Shown piece after piece: positions 1 through 14,279 of a stretch of 64,000 nucleotides of DNA (its first letter is position 1; each line of letters begins with the position of its first letter). The notes under the pieces were generated by a model, which did no database searches, had not been told where the DNA came from, and saw only the letters and a list, made by a program, of their open reading frames with translations. Both the position numbers and the translations under genes were made by a program. The stretch is from Flaccisagitta enflata (taxonomy: Eukaryota), in contig OZ231126.1 of assembly GCA_965153355.1 (NCBI GenBank), positions 38,688,001 through 38,752,000 on the forward strand, in the 5' to 3' direction.

Positions 1-681
1 GACCAACAGACCAACAGATGGACGGACTGAGGGACAAACGGACGGACCGACAAAGCGGGGTGTAGAGTCGCGTAGCACGCGACTAAAAAGGAGCATCACG
101 AGAAAGAATCATTGAGTGTTAAATAATCCTCAACGATGCAGAAAAGCAAGTCCAAAAAGAAACATCACGATTGAATCATTAGGTGCATTTGTTTAATGTA
201 TAGTTCAGAACACCATTTCTTTTAAAAATATCTGAGCAAGGCAAACATTTTAGCTCTAACGTCTATCATGGAATAAAATCATGGCACGCATTATGTTCTT
301 GTTAATTTTTTAGAATGCTAAAATACTGCTGTTTAAATACAACTAACAAAATATATGAAAAATACGTAAATTTCCACTGGTACTAAAACGCAGCTTTTAC
401 AGCCTTGTAAAAGAATCATAGGATACTCAACTAGATATAGTAGATATACCTTTGCCAGTAATAGTTCAAGGTATCATGCTATTGGTTAAGTTCTCTTTGT
501 CAGTTACAAATGACATGATGTAAACCATTTCTATTCGAATTCTACAAAACATAAAGAAAAGGAGGAAAACTTTAAAAAAAGGAGGAAAAATTTTCAAGGT
601 GAAGGGATTGGATAACTTTTAATGTGCGGTTGTTGATTCGAGTTAAGTCTCAAATTGTTCATGCCTGAGGTTGATTCTGCC

Positions 682-3600
682 TCAGTTGCCAAAACTGAAG
701 TTGACATTTTGTTCCTTGTTAACTTCAATCACCAAGTTAAGTGATGGAATTTCTATGTCTCCTGAATCAGAACAAATAGAGTTAGAAGGAAGTTTCAAAC
801 TCTGACTTTCTTCAAGCACAATGATGGTATCACAAGATTTCTGTTTGGTTTCATGATCAACCTTAGGAAGTACTGTTTCTTCTTGGATTTGTTCATCATG
901 TGCTCCACTTCCAGGCGTCAAGTCAACCTCCTGATCATGACCCCCAACATCATCTGAGTCTATTTCTTCACCTTTTGAGGCGTTCAACTCCGTCATTTTA
1001 CTTTCTTCGGTAAATCTATTAGTAACACCAAGAACATCCTTCATCCAAGTTCTAAATGACTTGCTCTTAGAATTTTGCTCCCCATTTGTTTGAAAATTTG
1101 GGTTGAGGATCTGGGGTTCTGAGGCAGCAGTGGGAGAAATTTTATCAGGGTGATTTAAAAGATTATCAACCTTTGGACCTTCCTGAGAAACAATTTTAGT
1201 ATTTGACTCCTCTTTCTCCTCAAATTTTTCAAATGTTGAGTTGGTCTCCAAAATCATTTCATTTTCTCCTTCAGGGTGAAAGGAGGAACTGAAAGCCTTG
1301 TTGTTTACAATATGGGAAGCCTGTTTGGTCAAGGAAATTTTTGGTAGTTGACCATGCTTGTTATCATATCTAATGCTTGGACCATCTGCTTCACTTTCAT
1401 AAGTGTGGCTTTCTTCAATGAATTCCTTTTCAAGTTGCAATGGAGCTGTTGCACTTAGGTAATCAAAATCGCTTTTGCTGTCTGCAATCAAATTTTCTTC
1501 CTCCGTTTGTGGAACAGGGAGAGATACTTCCCCATTGACAGAATTTAAAATGTCTGCAGTCTTATTCTCATGACAAGGATTTTGATCATGGCTTTTATGT
1601 TCTTCACTAGAATTATCATCATTGAAACCAGCCATTGTCAATTCTGCTTCCTCTATATCAAGTTGTTCTTTACTTTGTAAACTGTTATTTACACCAAGAA
1701 ACTCCATCAGCTGCAGCTTAAATGGTTTGCTCTCATCATCTCTCTCCTCATCCATTTGCAAGTATGAATTTTGCTCCCCATTTGTTTGAAAATTTGGGTT
1801 GAGGGTCTGGGAATCTGATGCATCAGGGCAAGTCATTCTATCAGGATCATTCATAAGATTATCAGCCCTGGGACCTTCCTGAGCAACAAACTTAACAGTT
1901 AACTCCTCTTTCTCATCTAGTTTTTCATCATGTTTCTCATCTGCAACAAATGTTGAGTTACTCTTTAAATTCATTTCATATTCTCCTGCAGGGTGAAAAG
2001 AGGAACTGACAGGTTCATTGTTCACAATTTGGTAAGCCTGTTCAAGGGAAGAAATTTCTGGTGATTGATCCTGCCTGTTATCATATCCAGTGCTTGGATT
2101 GCATGCTTCACTTTCATAAGTGTGGCTTTCTTTGATGATTTCCTTTTCAAGTTGCAATGGAGCTGTTGCACTTAGATAATCAAAATCGCTTTTACTGTCT
2201 GCAGTCAAAATTTCTTCTCCCTTTTGTGGAATAGGGAGATATCCTTCCCCATCCATTGAGTTTGGAATATCTGACGTCTCATTTTCTAGATATGGATTTT
2301 GTTCATGGCCTTTTTGTTCTTCACTAGAATTATCATCATTCAAACCAGCCGTTTCTGCATCAGCTTCCTCTGTAGTAAGTTGCCCTTTAATGCTATTTAT
2401 GCCAAGAAATTCCATTAGCCGGAGCTTTAATGGTTTGCTCTCAGCATCTCTCCCATCATCCATTTGGAGGTATGACGATGGGACTTGTAATGTAGAGGCT
2501 TCAGGTGATTGGGTCTCAATTGTTGCACTCAGATAATCAAAATCGCTTTTACTGTCTGCAATCAAATTTTCCTCCTCCTTTTGTGGAATAGGGAGAAATC
2601 CTTCTCCGTCTACAGAGTTTGGAATGTCCAATGTCTCATTTTCAAGATATGGATTTTTTTCATGGTCTTTTTGTTCTTCACTGGAATAATCAAAATTTAA
2701 ACCAGCCATTTCTGAATCTGCTTCCTCTGTTGTAAGTTGCTCTTTACTTTGTAAACTGTTATTTATGCCAAGAAACTCCATTAGCCGGAGCTTTAATGGT
2801 TTGCTCTCAGCATCTCTCCCATCATCCATTAGAGGGTATGAGGATGGGAGTTGTAATGTAGAGACTTCAGGTGATTGGGTCTCAATTGTGTCAACTTTAT
2901 CTGCAGTGATTGAAACATCAGAATCATTTTCTTTGACCAAGTTACCATTTCTCTGATCTATCAATAATTCTTCTGCCGCTTTCTCATCAAGTTTCTCATC
3001 TGAAACAAATGTTAAACTTGTCCTTAAATTCATTTCATTTTCTCCTACAGGGTGAAGAGAGGAACTGACCTGCTCATTGTTCACAATTTGGTAAGCCTGT
3101 TTAGTGGAAGAAATTTCTGGTAGTTGATCCTTCCTGTTTTCATATCCGATGCCTGGACCACATGCTTCACTTTCATAAGTGTGGCTTTCTTCAATAATTT
3201 CCTTTTCAAGTTGCAATGGAACTGTTGCACTCAGATAATCAAAATCGCATTTACTTTCTACAGTCAAATTTTCCTCCTCCTTTTGTGGAATAGGGAGAAA
3301 TCCTTCTCCATCCACAGAGTTTGGAGTATCCAATGTCTCATTTTCAGGATATGGATTTTTTTCATTGCCTTTTTCTTCTTCACTGGAATGTCCAATATTC
3401 AAACCAGTCATTTCTGAATCTGCTTCCTCTGTTGTAAGTTGCTCCTTACTTTGTAAACTGTTATTTATGCCAAGAAACTCCATTAGCCGGAGCTTTAATG
3501 GTTTGCTCTCAGCATTTCTCCCATCAGCCATTTGAAGGTATGAGGATGGGAGTTGTAATGTAGAGGCTTCAGGTGATTGAGTCTCAATTGTGTCAACTTG

Positions 3601-6600
3601 ATTTGCAGTAATTGAAACATCAGAATCATTTTCTTTCTCTAAGGCATTAACCAAGTTACCACTTCTCTGATCTATCAATAATTCTTCTTCCGCTTTCTCA
3701 TCAAGTTTCTCATCTGTAACAAATGTTGAACTTGTCTTTAAATTCATTTCATTTTCTCCTGCAGGGTGAAATGAGGAACTGACCTGCTCATTGTTCACAA
3801 TTTGGTAAGCCTGTTTAGTGGAAGAAATTTCTGGTAGTTGATCCAGCCTGTTATCATATCCGATGCTTGGACTGCATGCTTCACTTTCATAAGTGTGGCT
3901 TTCTTCAATAATTTCCATTTCAAGTTGCAATGGAACTGTTGCACTCAGATAATCAAAATCGCTTTTACTGTCTGCAGTCAAATTTTCCTCCTCCTTTTGT
4001 GGAATAGGGAGAAATCCTTCTCCATCTACTGAGTTTGGAGCTTCCAATGTCTCATTTTCTAGATATGGATTTTTTTCATTGCCTTTTTGTTCTTCACTGG
4101 AATTTTCAATATTCAAACCAGTCATTTCTGAATCTGCTTCCTCTGTTGTAAGTTGCTCCTTACTTTGTAAATTGTTGTTTATGCCAAGAAACTCCATTAG
4201 CCGGAGCTTTAATGGTTTGCTCTCAACATCTCTCCCATCATCCATTAGAAGGTTTGAGGATGGGTCTTGTATTGTAGAGGCTTCAGGTGATTGGGTCTCA
4301 ATTGTGTCAACTTTATCCGCAGTGATTGAAACATCAGAATCATTTTCTTTCTCTGAGGCGTTGACCAAGTTACCATGTCTCTGATCTATAAATAATTCTT
4401 CTGCCGCTTTCTCATCAAGTTTCTCATCTGAATCGAATGTTGAACTTGTCCTTAAATTCATTTCATTTTCTCCTACAGGGTGAAGAGAGGAACTGACCTG
4501 CTCATTGTTCACAATTTGGTATGCCTGTTTAGTGGAAGAAATTTCTGGTAGCTGATCCTGCCTGTTTTCATATCCGATGCTTGGACCGCATGCTTCACTT
4601 TCATAAATGTTGCTTTCTTCAATGATTTCCTTTTCAAGTTGCAATGGAACTGTTGCACTCAGATAATCAAAATTGCTCTCACTGTCTGCAGTCAAATTTT
4701 CCTCCTCCTTTTGTGGAATAGGGAGAAATCCTTCTCCATCTACTGAGTTTGGAGTATCCAATGGCTCATTTTCAAGATATGGATTTTTTTCATTGCCTTT
4801 TTCTTCTTCACTGAAATTTCCAATATTCAAACCAGTCATTTCTGAATCTGCTTCCTCTGTTGTAAGTTGCTCCTTACTTTGTAAACTGTTATTTATGCCA
4901 AGAAACTCCATTAGCCGGAGCATTAATGGTTTGCTCTCAGCATTTCTCCCATTATCCATTTGAAGGTATGAGGATGGGAGTTGTAATGTTGAGGCTTCAG
5001 GTGATTGGGTCTCAATTGTGTCAACTTGATTTGCAGTGATTGAAACATCAGAATCATTTTCTTTCTCTAAGGCATTGACCAAGTTACCACTTCTCTGATC
5101 TATCAATAATTCTTCTGCCGCTTTCTCATCAAGTTTCTCATCAGTAACAAATGATGAACTTGTCTTTAAATTCATTTCATTTTCTCCTGCAGGGTGAAAT
5201 GAGGAACTGACCTGCTCATTGTTAACAATTTGGTAAGCCTGTTTAGTGGAAGAAATTTCTGGTAGTTGATCCAGCCTGTTATCATATCCAATGCCTGGAC
5301 TGCATGCTTCACTTTCATACATGTGGCTTTCTTCAATAATTTCCTTTTCAAGTTGCGATGGAACTGTTGCACTCAGATAATCAAAATTGCTTTTACTGTC
5401 TGCAATCAAATTTTCCTCCTTTTGTGGAATAGGGAGAAATCCTTCTCCATCTACAGAGTTTGAAATATCCAATGTCTCATTTTCAAGGTATGGATTTTTT
5501 TCATGGCGTTTTTGTTCTTCACTGGAATCATCACTATTTAAACCAGCAATTTCTGAAACTGCTTCCTCTGTTGTGACTTGCTCTTTACTTTGTAAACTGT
5601 TACCTATGCCCAGAAACTCCATTAGCCGGAGCTTAAATGGTTTGCTCTCAGCATCTTTCCCATCATCAATTTGGAGGTATGAGGATGAGACTTGTAATGT
5701 AGAGGCGTCTGGTGATTGGGCCTCAATTGTGTCAACTTTACCTGCAGTGATTGAAACATCAGAATCATTTTCTTTCTCTAAGGCTTTGACAAAGCTACCA
5801 CTTCTCTGATCTATCAATAAGTCTTCTGCTGCTTTCTCATCTGCAACAAATGTTAACTTTGTCTTTAAATTCATTTCATTTTCTCCTGCAGGATGAAAAG
5901 AGGAACTGACAGGCTCATTGATCACAATTTGGTAAGCCTGTTTAGTGGAGGAAATTTCTGGTAGTTGATCCTGCCTGTTATCATATCCAATTCTTGAATC
6001 GTATGCTTCACTTTCATAAGTGTGGCTTTCTTCAATGATTTCCTTTTCAAGTTGCAATGGAATTGTTGCACTCAGATAATCAAAATCGCTTTTACAGTTT
6101 GTTATCATATTTTCCTCCTCCTTTTGAGGAACAGGGAGAAATCCTTCCCCATCTACAGAGTTTGGAACATCCGATTTCTCATTTTCAAGATATGGATTTT
6201 GTTTGTTTGATTCTTTTAGAATAGCTTGGAATCCTGAAGATAAAGAATTGTCTTCTGAACTAACTGAAAGGGAAAATTTCGGATCAGTGGCAAGACTGGA
6301 GCTAACAATTTCATTTACTGGATTAAGACGGCTGTTTTCCTTGACAATATTGATTGCATCATCAATATTTTCATCTAATTTTGAACTACAATTATCTGTA
6401 GTAGCTTCCTCACTCTCTGCCTTTGATAGCCCAAGAAGGGTCACATTTTCAGGAGGGTCATTGGTCATCATTACATTTGCTTGAGCCTTTTCACATGACT
6501 CTACCTTCATAATAAGAGATGGTTTACTACCTTGCAGATAATCTTCTAATGTATTTGGTGCACCTAAGCCTAGAAACTCCTTTACTTTTGTACTGAAAGA

Positions 6601-9230
6601 TTTGGATAAATCAGCACTTTCATTTTCATCATTTTGCTCAATATCTTTTACTTTGAAAACTGAATGATTTTTAGTTGTTATAGGTGGGGACTGATTGATG
6701 TCTTGTAATTCTGAGGGTTTCAATTTCTTTTCATTTGAACAGTCACTGATAAATGTACCAGGCAATGCAACAGACTCAATATCCTTTGAACCTGTAGTCC
6801 CTTCATCCATGTTTTCAACCAATTTATCTGAAGCTTTCCTGTCTGGTTTAGCATCAGGCTTCTCATTATTTTTACCTGAGTGCCTTTCTTGTTCCTCTAA
6901 CCAATGTACAATGTTGAACCTATCTCTTGGTTTTCTCACTCTTGATGGCATCAAATTTCTTTCTGTATCAAATACGACCACATTTCCAAGTTCTTTTGTA
7001 CCACTGCTTGATTCAGTGTATGGCATGTCACTTGACACAATATCTGAAACTGATGTTTCTTTCAACAATTGTAATTTGGCATCTTGTGAGTGATCCTGAA
7101 TGGTACCGTTTACATATAAATCATAAGTTTTTTGTTCCACATCAATCAAAACAGATACACTGTCATATTCTTTATCTGATTTGGATCTATCATCGTTGAC
7201 AACTGGCTCAGCAACTGTTGAATTATTGTCTTCCAATGTTGGATTGTTAGCTTTACTGTTTAGAGCCTCCGGTTCAATCACTATGGTGGGGCTAAATATT
7301 TGGTGCTCATCATTCACATCAAAGTGAATTGTAGCTTTGTCTTGAAGATGAGTTTCATGTTGAAAGTTTTGGGCAGGGAACATCACATTTTCAGTGATGA
7401 TGTCTTGGTTCTCCTTTGAACCTTTCTCTGATTGCTTCAAAAATTCCTGCATCTTTGAAGAATGATCATCAATGTATGCTACAGGTTCATCATCAGTTTC
7501 CTTGTCTAAGATTTTTTCATCTCTGTGATTATTTACACTTGAATTTTTCCCTTTTTTCACAGGAATTGGGATATTGGAAGCAATTGCAAATTCATGATAA
7601 TAAACGTCTTCCATAACAGAGTCCTCAGTTTCTGTTTCTAGATCAACTTGAGTGCTAACAACAGCAGACTGTTCCATGCTTTTGCATTCATCAATTGTCA
7701 TATGAGGTTCTGAATTTTCTTGGATGGTTTCAAGAGACATAGTCTTCAAATGATCGGACTCATCATTAGTGAGACTCTCGTCAATTAAATTAGAATTTTT
7801 GACTGTGTTCTTGCCATGGAGTTCTACCATTGGCGTTATCCCTGTAGATCTGTTTTCTTTTAAGTTGAGTTTCTCTACATCAATTTGCGACTTAATTCTT
7901 AAACCTCCTCCAGATTTTAGAGGGATCATGGTTTCCAAATGACTTACTTCTTGATCATAATCAGGTTCTTCAACTGCACTCTCTTCAGTTTCTTGATCTA
8001 GCTCTACACTGTCTAAAGTACATGCGTTTTGTAGAGTTTGAAAATCTACATCACAAACACTCATCAAGATGCTGGCTTTGTCATCGTCATTTTTACAAAA
8101 ATCTTTTTCCGGCAGATCATTACAATCAAGATAAACCGAAGGAACTCTCGATGAATTGCCAATATTAGCTTCAAATGATGCATCATGAGTGTTACTTCTA
8201 TCAATTTTGTGACTCGACTTAAGATCCATGACAATGGATTTATCATCAATAAAATCTGTAAGAAGACACTCCTCAGATGGTGGTGTCTCACAATCAAAAT
8301 AGACGGAGGTCCTCCTTGAAAGTGAACTGTCAGGTCCTTTATCCAAGCTATAGCTATCTAACAGGGGGAAAGAGTTGGTTTGACTGATGGGGGAAATATT
8401 GCTGCTGTCAGAAATATGGTATTTTGGTTGATATTGGGTGGAATATGACAATTTCTCAGGGTTTTGGTTTGTACATGGTACAGTTGCACCACCTTCAGCG
8501 TTAGATATTAAAGGCAACTTTTTAAGGCTCGTATGAGTATGATTGTTTCTCCCATTGTCATCTTCTGCTTTTTGATCTGACGTAAAAGTGTGCAGATCAT
8601 ATGATGATGGTGGCACTGATGTTGCGGAGATATATTTTTTGGAATGTGTCTCTGGGTCAAATGAAGAAGCAGTTTCATATTCAAAAACAGTATGGTGAAC
8701 AGGTGCATGGATTGTAATATGAATAGGTGTGTAAATAGTTTGGTTCACAACTTCAACCTCTTTCAATTGACCATCTTCGATGGCTAAGGGATTTTCACAC
8801 TTGTTGTGTATGTCCTCTGGGGATATAGCTTGGAAACGTACTGTGTTAACATCTGTTCCAGGTTGAAGAATGTCATTTTCTGTGGTATCTTTAAATTTTT
8901 CATTTGAGCTATTTGGCAAAATAGTTTTTATTTGGCCAGCCAACGAATATGGAGAAACTGCTTTTGATATACATGGAAATGCTTCTACTTCATTTGAATC
9001 TGTTTCTGCAACAACCGTGGCATCATCTTGTGTCATGTGGCTCACCATTTTGAAATCGTTGATAGCAACATGAAAATTTTGCGAAGAATCTGCATGACTC
9101 GCGTTGATAGAATTTTGCTCATCAAAAGCGTTGCTTCCCTGACGTTTGGTTTCTTTAAAAATGGTGTTCCAGTCTCCTTGGTCATTGGATTCATAGACAA
9201 CCCAAATTTCTTCTTCGTCACTTTCGGGAT
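682..9230 (-). CDS. Giant exon (~8.55 kb) of a ~2,900-aa acidic, probably disordered protein with eight ~235-aa tandem repeats; function unknown
   Basis: Stop-free frame of 2858 codons in the track (682..9258). Phase-1 acceptor (cattaaAG|atccc) at 9231-9232. Repeat indels preserve the frame. ATTAAA ~60 nt past the stop. Confidence 0.85.
1000..6200 (-). repeat. Coding tandem repeat, ~700-714 bp unit, 8 copies (one internally deleted)
   Basis: NPYLENE...DGEGFLP...DFDYLSAT...KPLKLRLMEFLGI recurs. The NPY anchors lie near 6190, 5490, 4778, 4062, 3350, 2648, 2290 and 1575. Confidence 0.95.
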
Positions 9231-10355
9231 CTTTAATGAAGTGGGTAATTGAAAACATAAAGGATTATATTTGGTTCAGTGCTTCCAAAGTGGAGAATCA
9301 ATCAACAAGGCCGGATCAGTAATACCAGTAAAGGCGGCTCATGACCGAAAAAGTTTTAAATAAAGTCTCTTTTTCGCACGAAAATTTTTTCAGTATATTA
9401 CGCTTTGTTGTTGGCTTGATTGTTTGTCTGTGACTAAAGATTAATTTTGGTTCTTTTTGTTTTTGTTCTTTCTTGTCTGTGTGTGTTTGTGTGTTGTGAC
9501 TGTGTTTGTCCGGTGTTTAATTTCCTTTCTTCTTCCTCTCTATTCTTTTGTCTGTGTGTGTGTGTCCCTCCTCCTGTGTCTGTGTCCTGTGTGTGTCCCT
9601 GTGTGTGTTGCTCCTGTGTGTCCCTCTCTCCTCCCTTGTCCCCTATCTGTGTCCCTGTGTGTCCCTCCCTCTCCTTCCTCTCTCCCTCTCTCCCTCTCCC
9701 TCCCTCTCTCCCTCTTTTCTTCTTGTTGGTCGTCTTCTACTTTTCTTCCTTTCTTCTTTGCATTCTAATTTTCTCCTATGTTGGGGAAATTCTGCGTAAC
9801 ATTTTACTTTTTCCTTCTGTAGGGATCAAAATTGATCCATGAATATCACTTTGCAAAATGCGAAAAAATATAAGATTCAAAATTCATAACTCCTAAACTA
9901 TTGATCGTAGAGATTTCTGCTGGCGCCATTTGAAAGAGAAAATTAAGTTTTTCTAATAACACGTGCTATCATCTCAGCCCCAAAACTGCACAACTTAAGT
10001 AAATTGCTCAACCAAAAATGGAAAACTTTGCTTCTCTCGATGCTTCAAAAGTCGAATTACGTACTTCGACTTTTTTTTCAATTACTTTGCATTTGTTGTA
10101 CTTAGTTTTAATCAATATATTTTGGTAACACGACAAATGACATATGGTGAAGATTAATGAACTACAGCGGTGGATTTAATTTTTTAGATGCTGCTACCTA
10201 CGCATCTCTATAAGAGAGGCTTTGGCCTGGTCCGCTATTGCTGCTGGTTGGTTGGTTGTTGGTTTGCTGGTCCGTCAATGTCGAGGTTGAAAATGCACGC
10301 AACACTCCAGAGTCGATTTCACTGCTTTAGGATCTGGTATAGGCGGTTGGCAATG

Positions 10356-10451
<96 letters not shown>

Positions 10452-10696
10452 TTGTCTGTTTAGTTTTAGTAAGAATGTCATTGATGAGCTGCTGCATGGA
10501 TTTACCGTTGTACCCCTGCATTGTTTTTCTTGCACTTGTGTGTGTGTGTAGCCTGTAATGAAAACTTGTGTGTGTCTGCTTTTGTTTCATATTTTTAGTC
10601 ATTTTATCCACCCTGCCCATTTATTAAGTTATTGTTGTTGGTTTGTTGGTTGGTCTCTTTTGAGTGAGTAGGCTGAAGGGGCCATGACTCCATGCT

Positions 10697-12590
10697 TTTG
10701 GGCAGCAGCCCCAAAGGGGACAATGTCCTGAGAACACAGGGGACTTCACTGCTTATCTGTCCTCTCTTCGGCTTCTGCTCTAAATGTTGTTTCAGCCTGA
10801 AATTCGACCTTCCAGGCTTGAATTGACCCTTTTCAGGCCTGGAATTCTGCTTTCTTGCAGGCCTTGAATTCATGTATGTCTGGAAATTTACCTTTCTAGG
10901 CTTGAAATTCCACTCCAGGCCCAGTACCCATTCCTCTCAGGCCTGAAATGTACCCTCCTGTGCCCAAATTCAGCCTCTCAGGGCTCTGAAATCTGACCTT
11001 CCTTTTCAGGTAAGGTGAAATCTGACTCTGTATGTGAAATCTGCCCTTCTGAGGTCTTTTGGAATCTTTCCTTCAGGTCTGAAATCTATCCCTCTCAGGC
11101 CTGAAATCTGGCCTCTCAGGCCTGAAATCTGCCCTCTCAGGCCTGAAATCTGCCCTCTCAGGCCTGGAAATCTGCCCTCCTTAGGCTCTGGAAATCTGCC
11201 TCGCAGGCTTGAGAAATCTGCTCCTCTCTCAGAGCTTCTGAATCTAAACAGGGCAGATTTCAGGCCTGAGAGGGCATTTCAGTACTGTGGGAGGGGCCTT
11301 TGGGGGAGAGTGACAAACAGACACAACAACGAAACCCCTGTTCACAGGTCGTCCTTCTAGTCACGGCCTGCTTCTTCACTACACCACAATCATGCAAAGT
11401 AGGCAATGGTATCGCTGACTACATATTGCTCATGACGGCTTTGGGCAGCGGCCCCGGGAGGACGGTTCCAGAACATAGTGGGATTCTTTTGCCCGCCCGC
11501 TGTCCGCGTCTGCTTCGTTAGCGTCTCCTTCATCAGACTCCTCAGGCTCTCCAATCACAGCCTTTGTGGCCTTTAAACCAGCCTTCTCAGGCTTTGAAAT
11601 CCAGCTTCAGGCCAAATCTGGCCTCCAGGCCAAATCTGGCCTCTGCTTCAAATTCGGCTTCAGGCTCAAATCTGGCCTTCAGGCTCAACAGCCTTTGAGG
11701 CTTCAACGGCTTTCAGGCTCTCAAAACCAGTTCAGGCCTCAAACCTGGCCTCATGCCTCAAATTAGGCCTCTTGTAATTTCAAATCAGCCATCTAAACTC
11801 TCACTCTAGTTGCTCTGTAGGCTGAATCAGTCTCTGGCCTTGCCTTTAACTAGTCTTCAAGCCTCAAGTCGCCTTTCAAGCTTCTAATTTGGCATTCCTA
11901 GGCCCGGCATCAGCTCTCTTCATAGACTCCAGTTTAGGGTTTGAATGCCTTTCAGTCAGCCCTATAGCATCTCATCCCATTCTTCATGTAGGACGAACAA
12001 AAGTCCCCCTGTGTTCTACAGGACTTCGTCCCCTTCGGGGCCGCTGCCCTGCTTCCCCTCACTCCAATTCACAATCACTCAAAGCAGGGCAACGGGTATC
12101 GCTGACCACATATTGCCCTTGGGCGACCTGTCCTTCTTCTTCTTCTCCTTCTACTTTGTATCCCCATATCTCAGCCTTGAGGCCCAAATATCAGCCTTGA
12201 GGCCCAAATCCCAGTCTTCAGGCTCAAATCCCTGCATGAAGGCCCAAATCCCAGTCTTCAGTCTCAAATCCTTGCCTCAAGGCCCAAATCCCAGCCTTGA
12301 GGGGGGGGGCATAGGAGAAGAAGAAGAAGGAGAAGGAGAAATTTCTGAATATGTCAAAGCATAGGTCATTGTCCTATTTGGGGCCACTACTCTGCTCCCT
12401 CCCTCAACTACGATCATAACCTCTCAGGGCACCGGTACCGCTGACCATCTAACGCTTTTGCCAGTATTTACTTTATCGGCGTTTATGAGCTTTTTAAGCT
12501 TACCGATCCTGCCCAAATGCTCGTGTGACTTTCTCCATCACTGCCCCTGCCCACCCGCACGAAACTGGGGTAGCCGTGTATCTGGCCTTG
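10697..12590. mobile_element. Cluster of minisatellite-bearing DINE-1/HINE-like elements
   Basis: Repeated gggcagc.gcccc / ggggccgctgccc blocks, caggcctgaaatc and ggcccaaatcccagccttga repeats, and a ggccttgtt end. Confidence 0.6.
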
Positions 12591-12678
12591 TTTACACGAG
12601 AAAATATTTATTAAGATTGTTTATCGTCTCTCCCTTGCTAATAAATCAATGGCTAAATCTGAATGTAACCAGTAATAC

Positions 12679-12835
12679 CTGTGTGCATGTTTTTGTCTTG
12701 TTCCACGGCTGTCAAGGTGATGTCACCGACGCTGACGGGCAGCAAAGCCGCTGAAAGAAGACGATCTCGCACTTCGTCCCCAGAAAATTCTCTCCGAAAC
12801 ACCGAACCGTCTTCGTCTGTGGCCGTTACACTCAT
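12679..12835 (-). CDS. Probable first coding exon of the giant-protein gene (MSVTATDEDGSVFRREF...QDKNMHT)
   Basis: CpG-rich exon-like stretch. Acceptor tttctttcAG at 12848-12849, ATG at 12835, donor cacag|GTattac. The 157-nt length gives phase 1, matching the acceptor at 9230 (joined: NMHT-D-PESDEEE; 2901 aa in total). Confidence 0.6.
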
Positions 12836-13126
12836 TTTCAAGGGTGGCTGAAAGAAACGAGAGAAACTAGCCATTCAGTGATAGCGCATGTTGTGAACGG
12901 AATCCGCGCCCCGCCCAAGTCGAGTGTTAATCTATCAATGTAATGTACGGCTGGAAGTGTGGTTGCGGAAATTGAACCATTCGCTTTATAGGACATCAGT
13001 CCCTTGGAGGGCGCTGCCCAAAAAAGGAGACCAAGTCGTGCCGAGGTTCCCATTTTTTTTTAACAATGAAGGCGGCTTTCGCTGTAGGAAAAAAGTCGTA
13101 AATGCCAAAAGAGAAAGAGAAACAGT

Positions 13127-13342
<216 letters not shown>

Positions 13343-13544
13343 TAGATGGACAGACAAACAGATAGGAAGAAATATAGAGAGTGCATAGGTGTGTCTGTAT
13401 GTGCAGGTGAGCACATTTGAATTAATTCAAAATTGCATTTACTAGTTTTGATAATAGTTTAGATGCCTCACTACTGCTGGTGAGGAACAATATAAATCTT
13501 TGCTATTGAATGTCAGATGAGTATTTCCTAGTACCATCATAGAA

Positions 13545-13860
13545 ACAAAAATCTTCCGGCATGATTATATGTATATCTCTGGTTAGAATCAACCAATCAT
13601 AAAAAAATTGGTGAGATAAATAAAGCCCTTCAAATTTGCAAGAGATTTACGCAAACCGCATCCCTTTTGCTCTATGCAATTAAAAGTTATTTAACTTTGA
13701 TTGAAATACTTCAATTTCGCCTATGCTATTTCTACACAAAATTTAAATGAGATCTTTTCACTGTTTTTAAAATTCTTTCTAAACGCATTGAGCTAGACAG
13801 ATGCGGTTTGCGTAAACAGCTTGCAAATTTAAAGGGCTTCATTTCTGTCACCGACTTTTT
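13545..13860. repeat. Inverted-repeat MITE-like family; second copy at ~63840-64000
   Basis: aaagcccttcaaatttgcaag...cgcaaaccgcatc and its reverse complement at ~13800-13840. The same block recurs at 63912-63955. Confidence 0.7.
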
Positions 13861-14279
13861 TATAAGGACGAGCGATTTATATGAGGTTTGTGGCAGAGGT
13901 CCGATATGAAAAAGATCGGACCTATCACTCCAGTATACACGTTGGTCTGTTGGTCCGCTAGCCAGGTAGTCGAAAGTGGAAAACCAGTGTTTCCACCCCT
14001 GCCCACCCGTCCGCGACTGGTATTGGCCGTGTATCCGGCCTTGTTATAATTTGATAAGCTTTTTGGTAGCTATGAGTGTAAATGTAGCGGGAGAGGAGAT
14101 CAAAAAAAGATATGAAAAAGATTTGAAGACCAATCACTCCAGTATACAACGAGAGGCTCTACAAATTGTTTTCCCAACAAATGGCGGCCCTGATTCAGCC
14201 AAAAAGATTTCATACTAATTATTCATGGTTTTGTAACTGCTTTATATCTATTTTGATAACATTAAATACATTTTCATTA

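Noticed and set aside
2509-9252. Plus-strand ORFs opposite the giant exon
   Set aside because: Antisense shadows that repeat with the coding unit and have no independent support.
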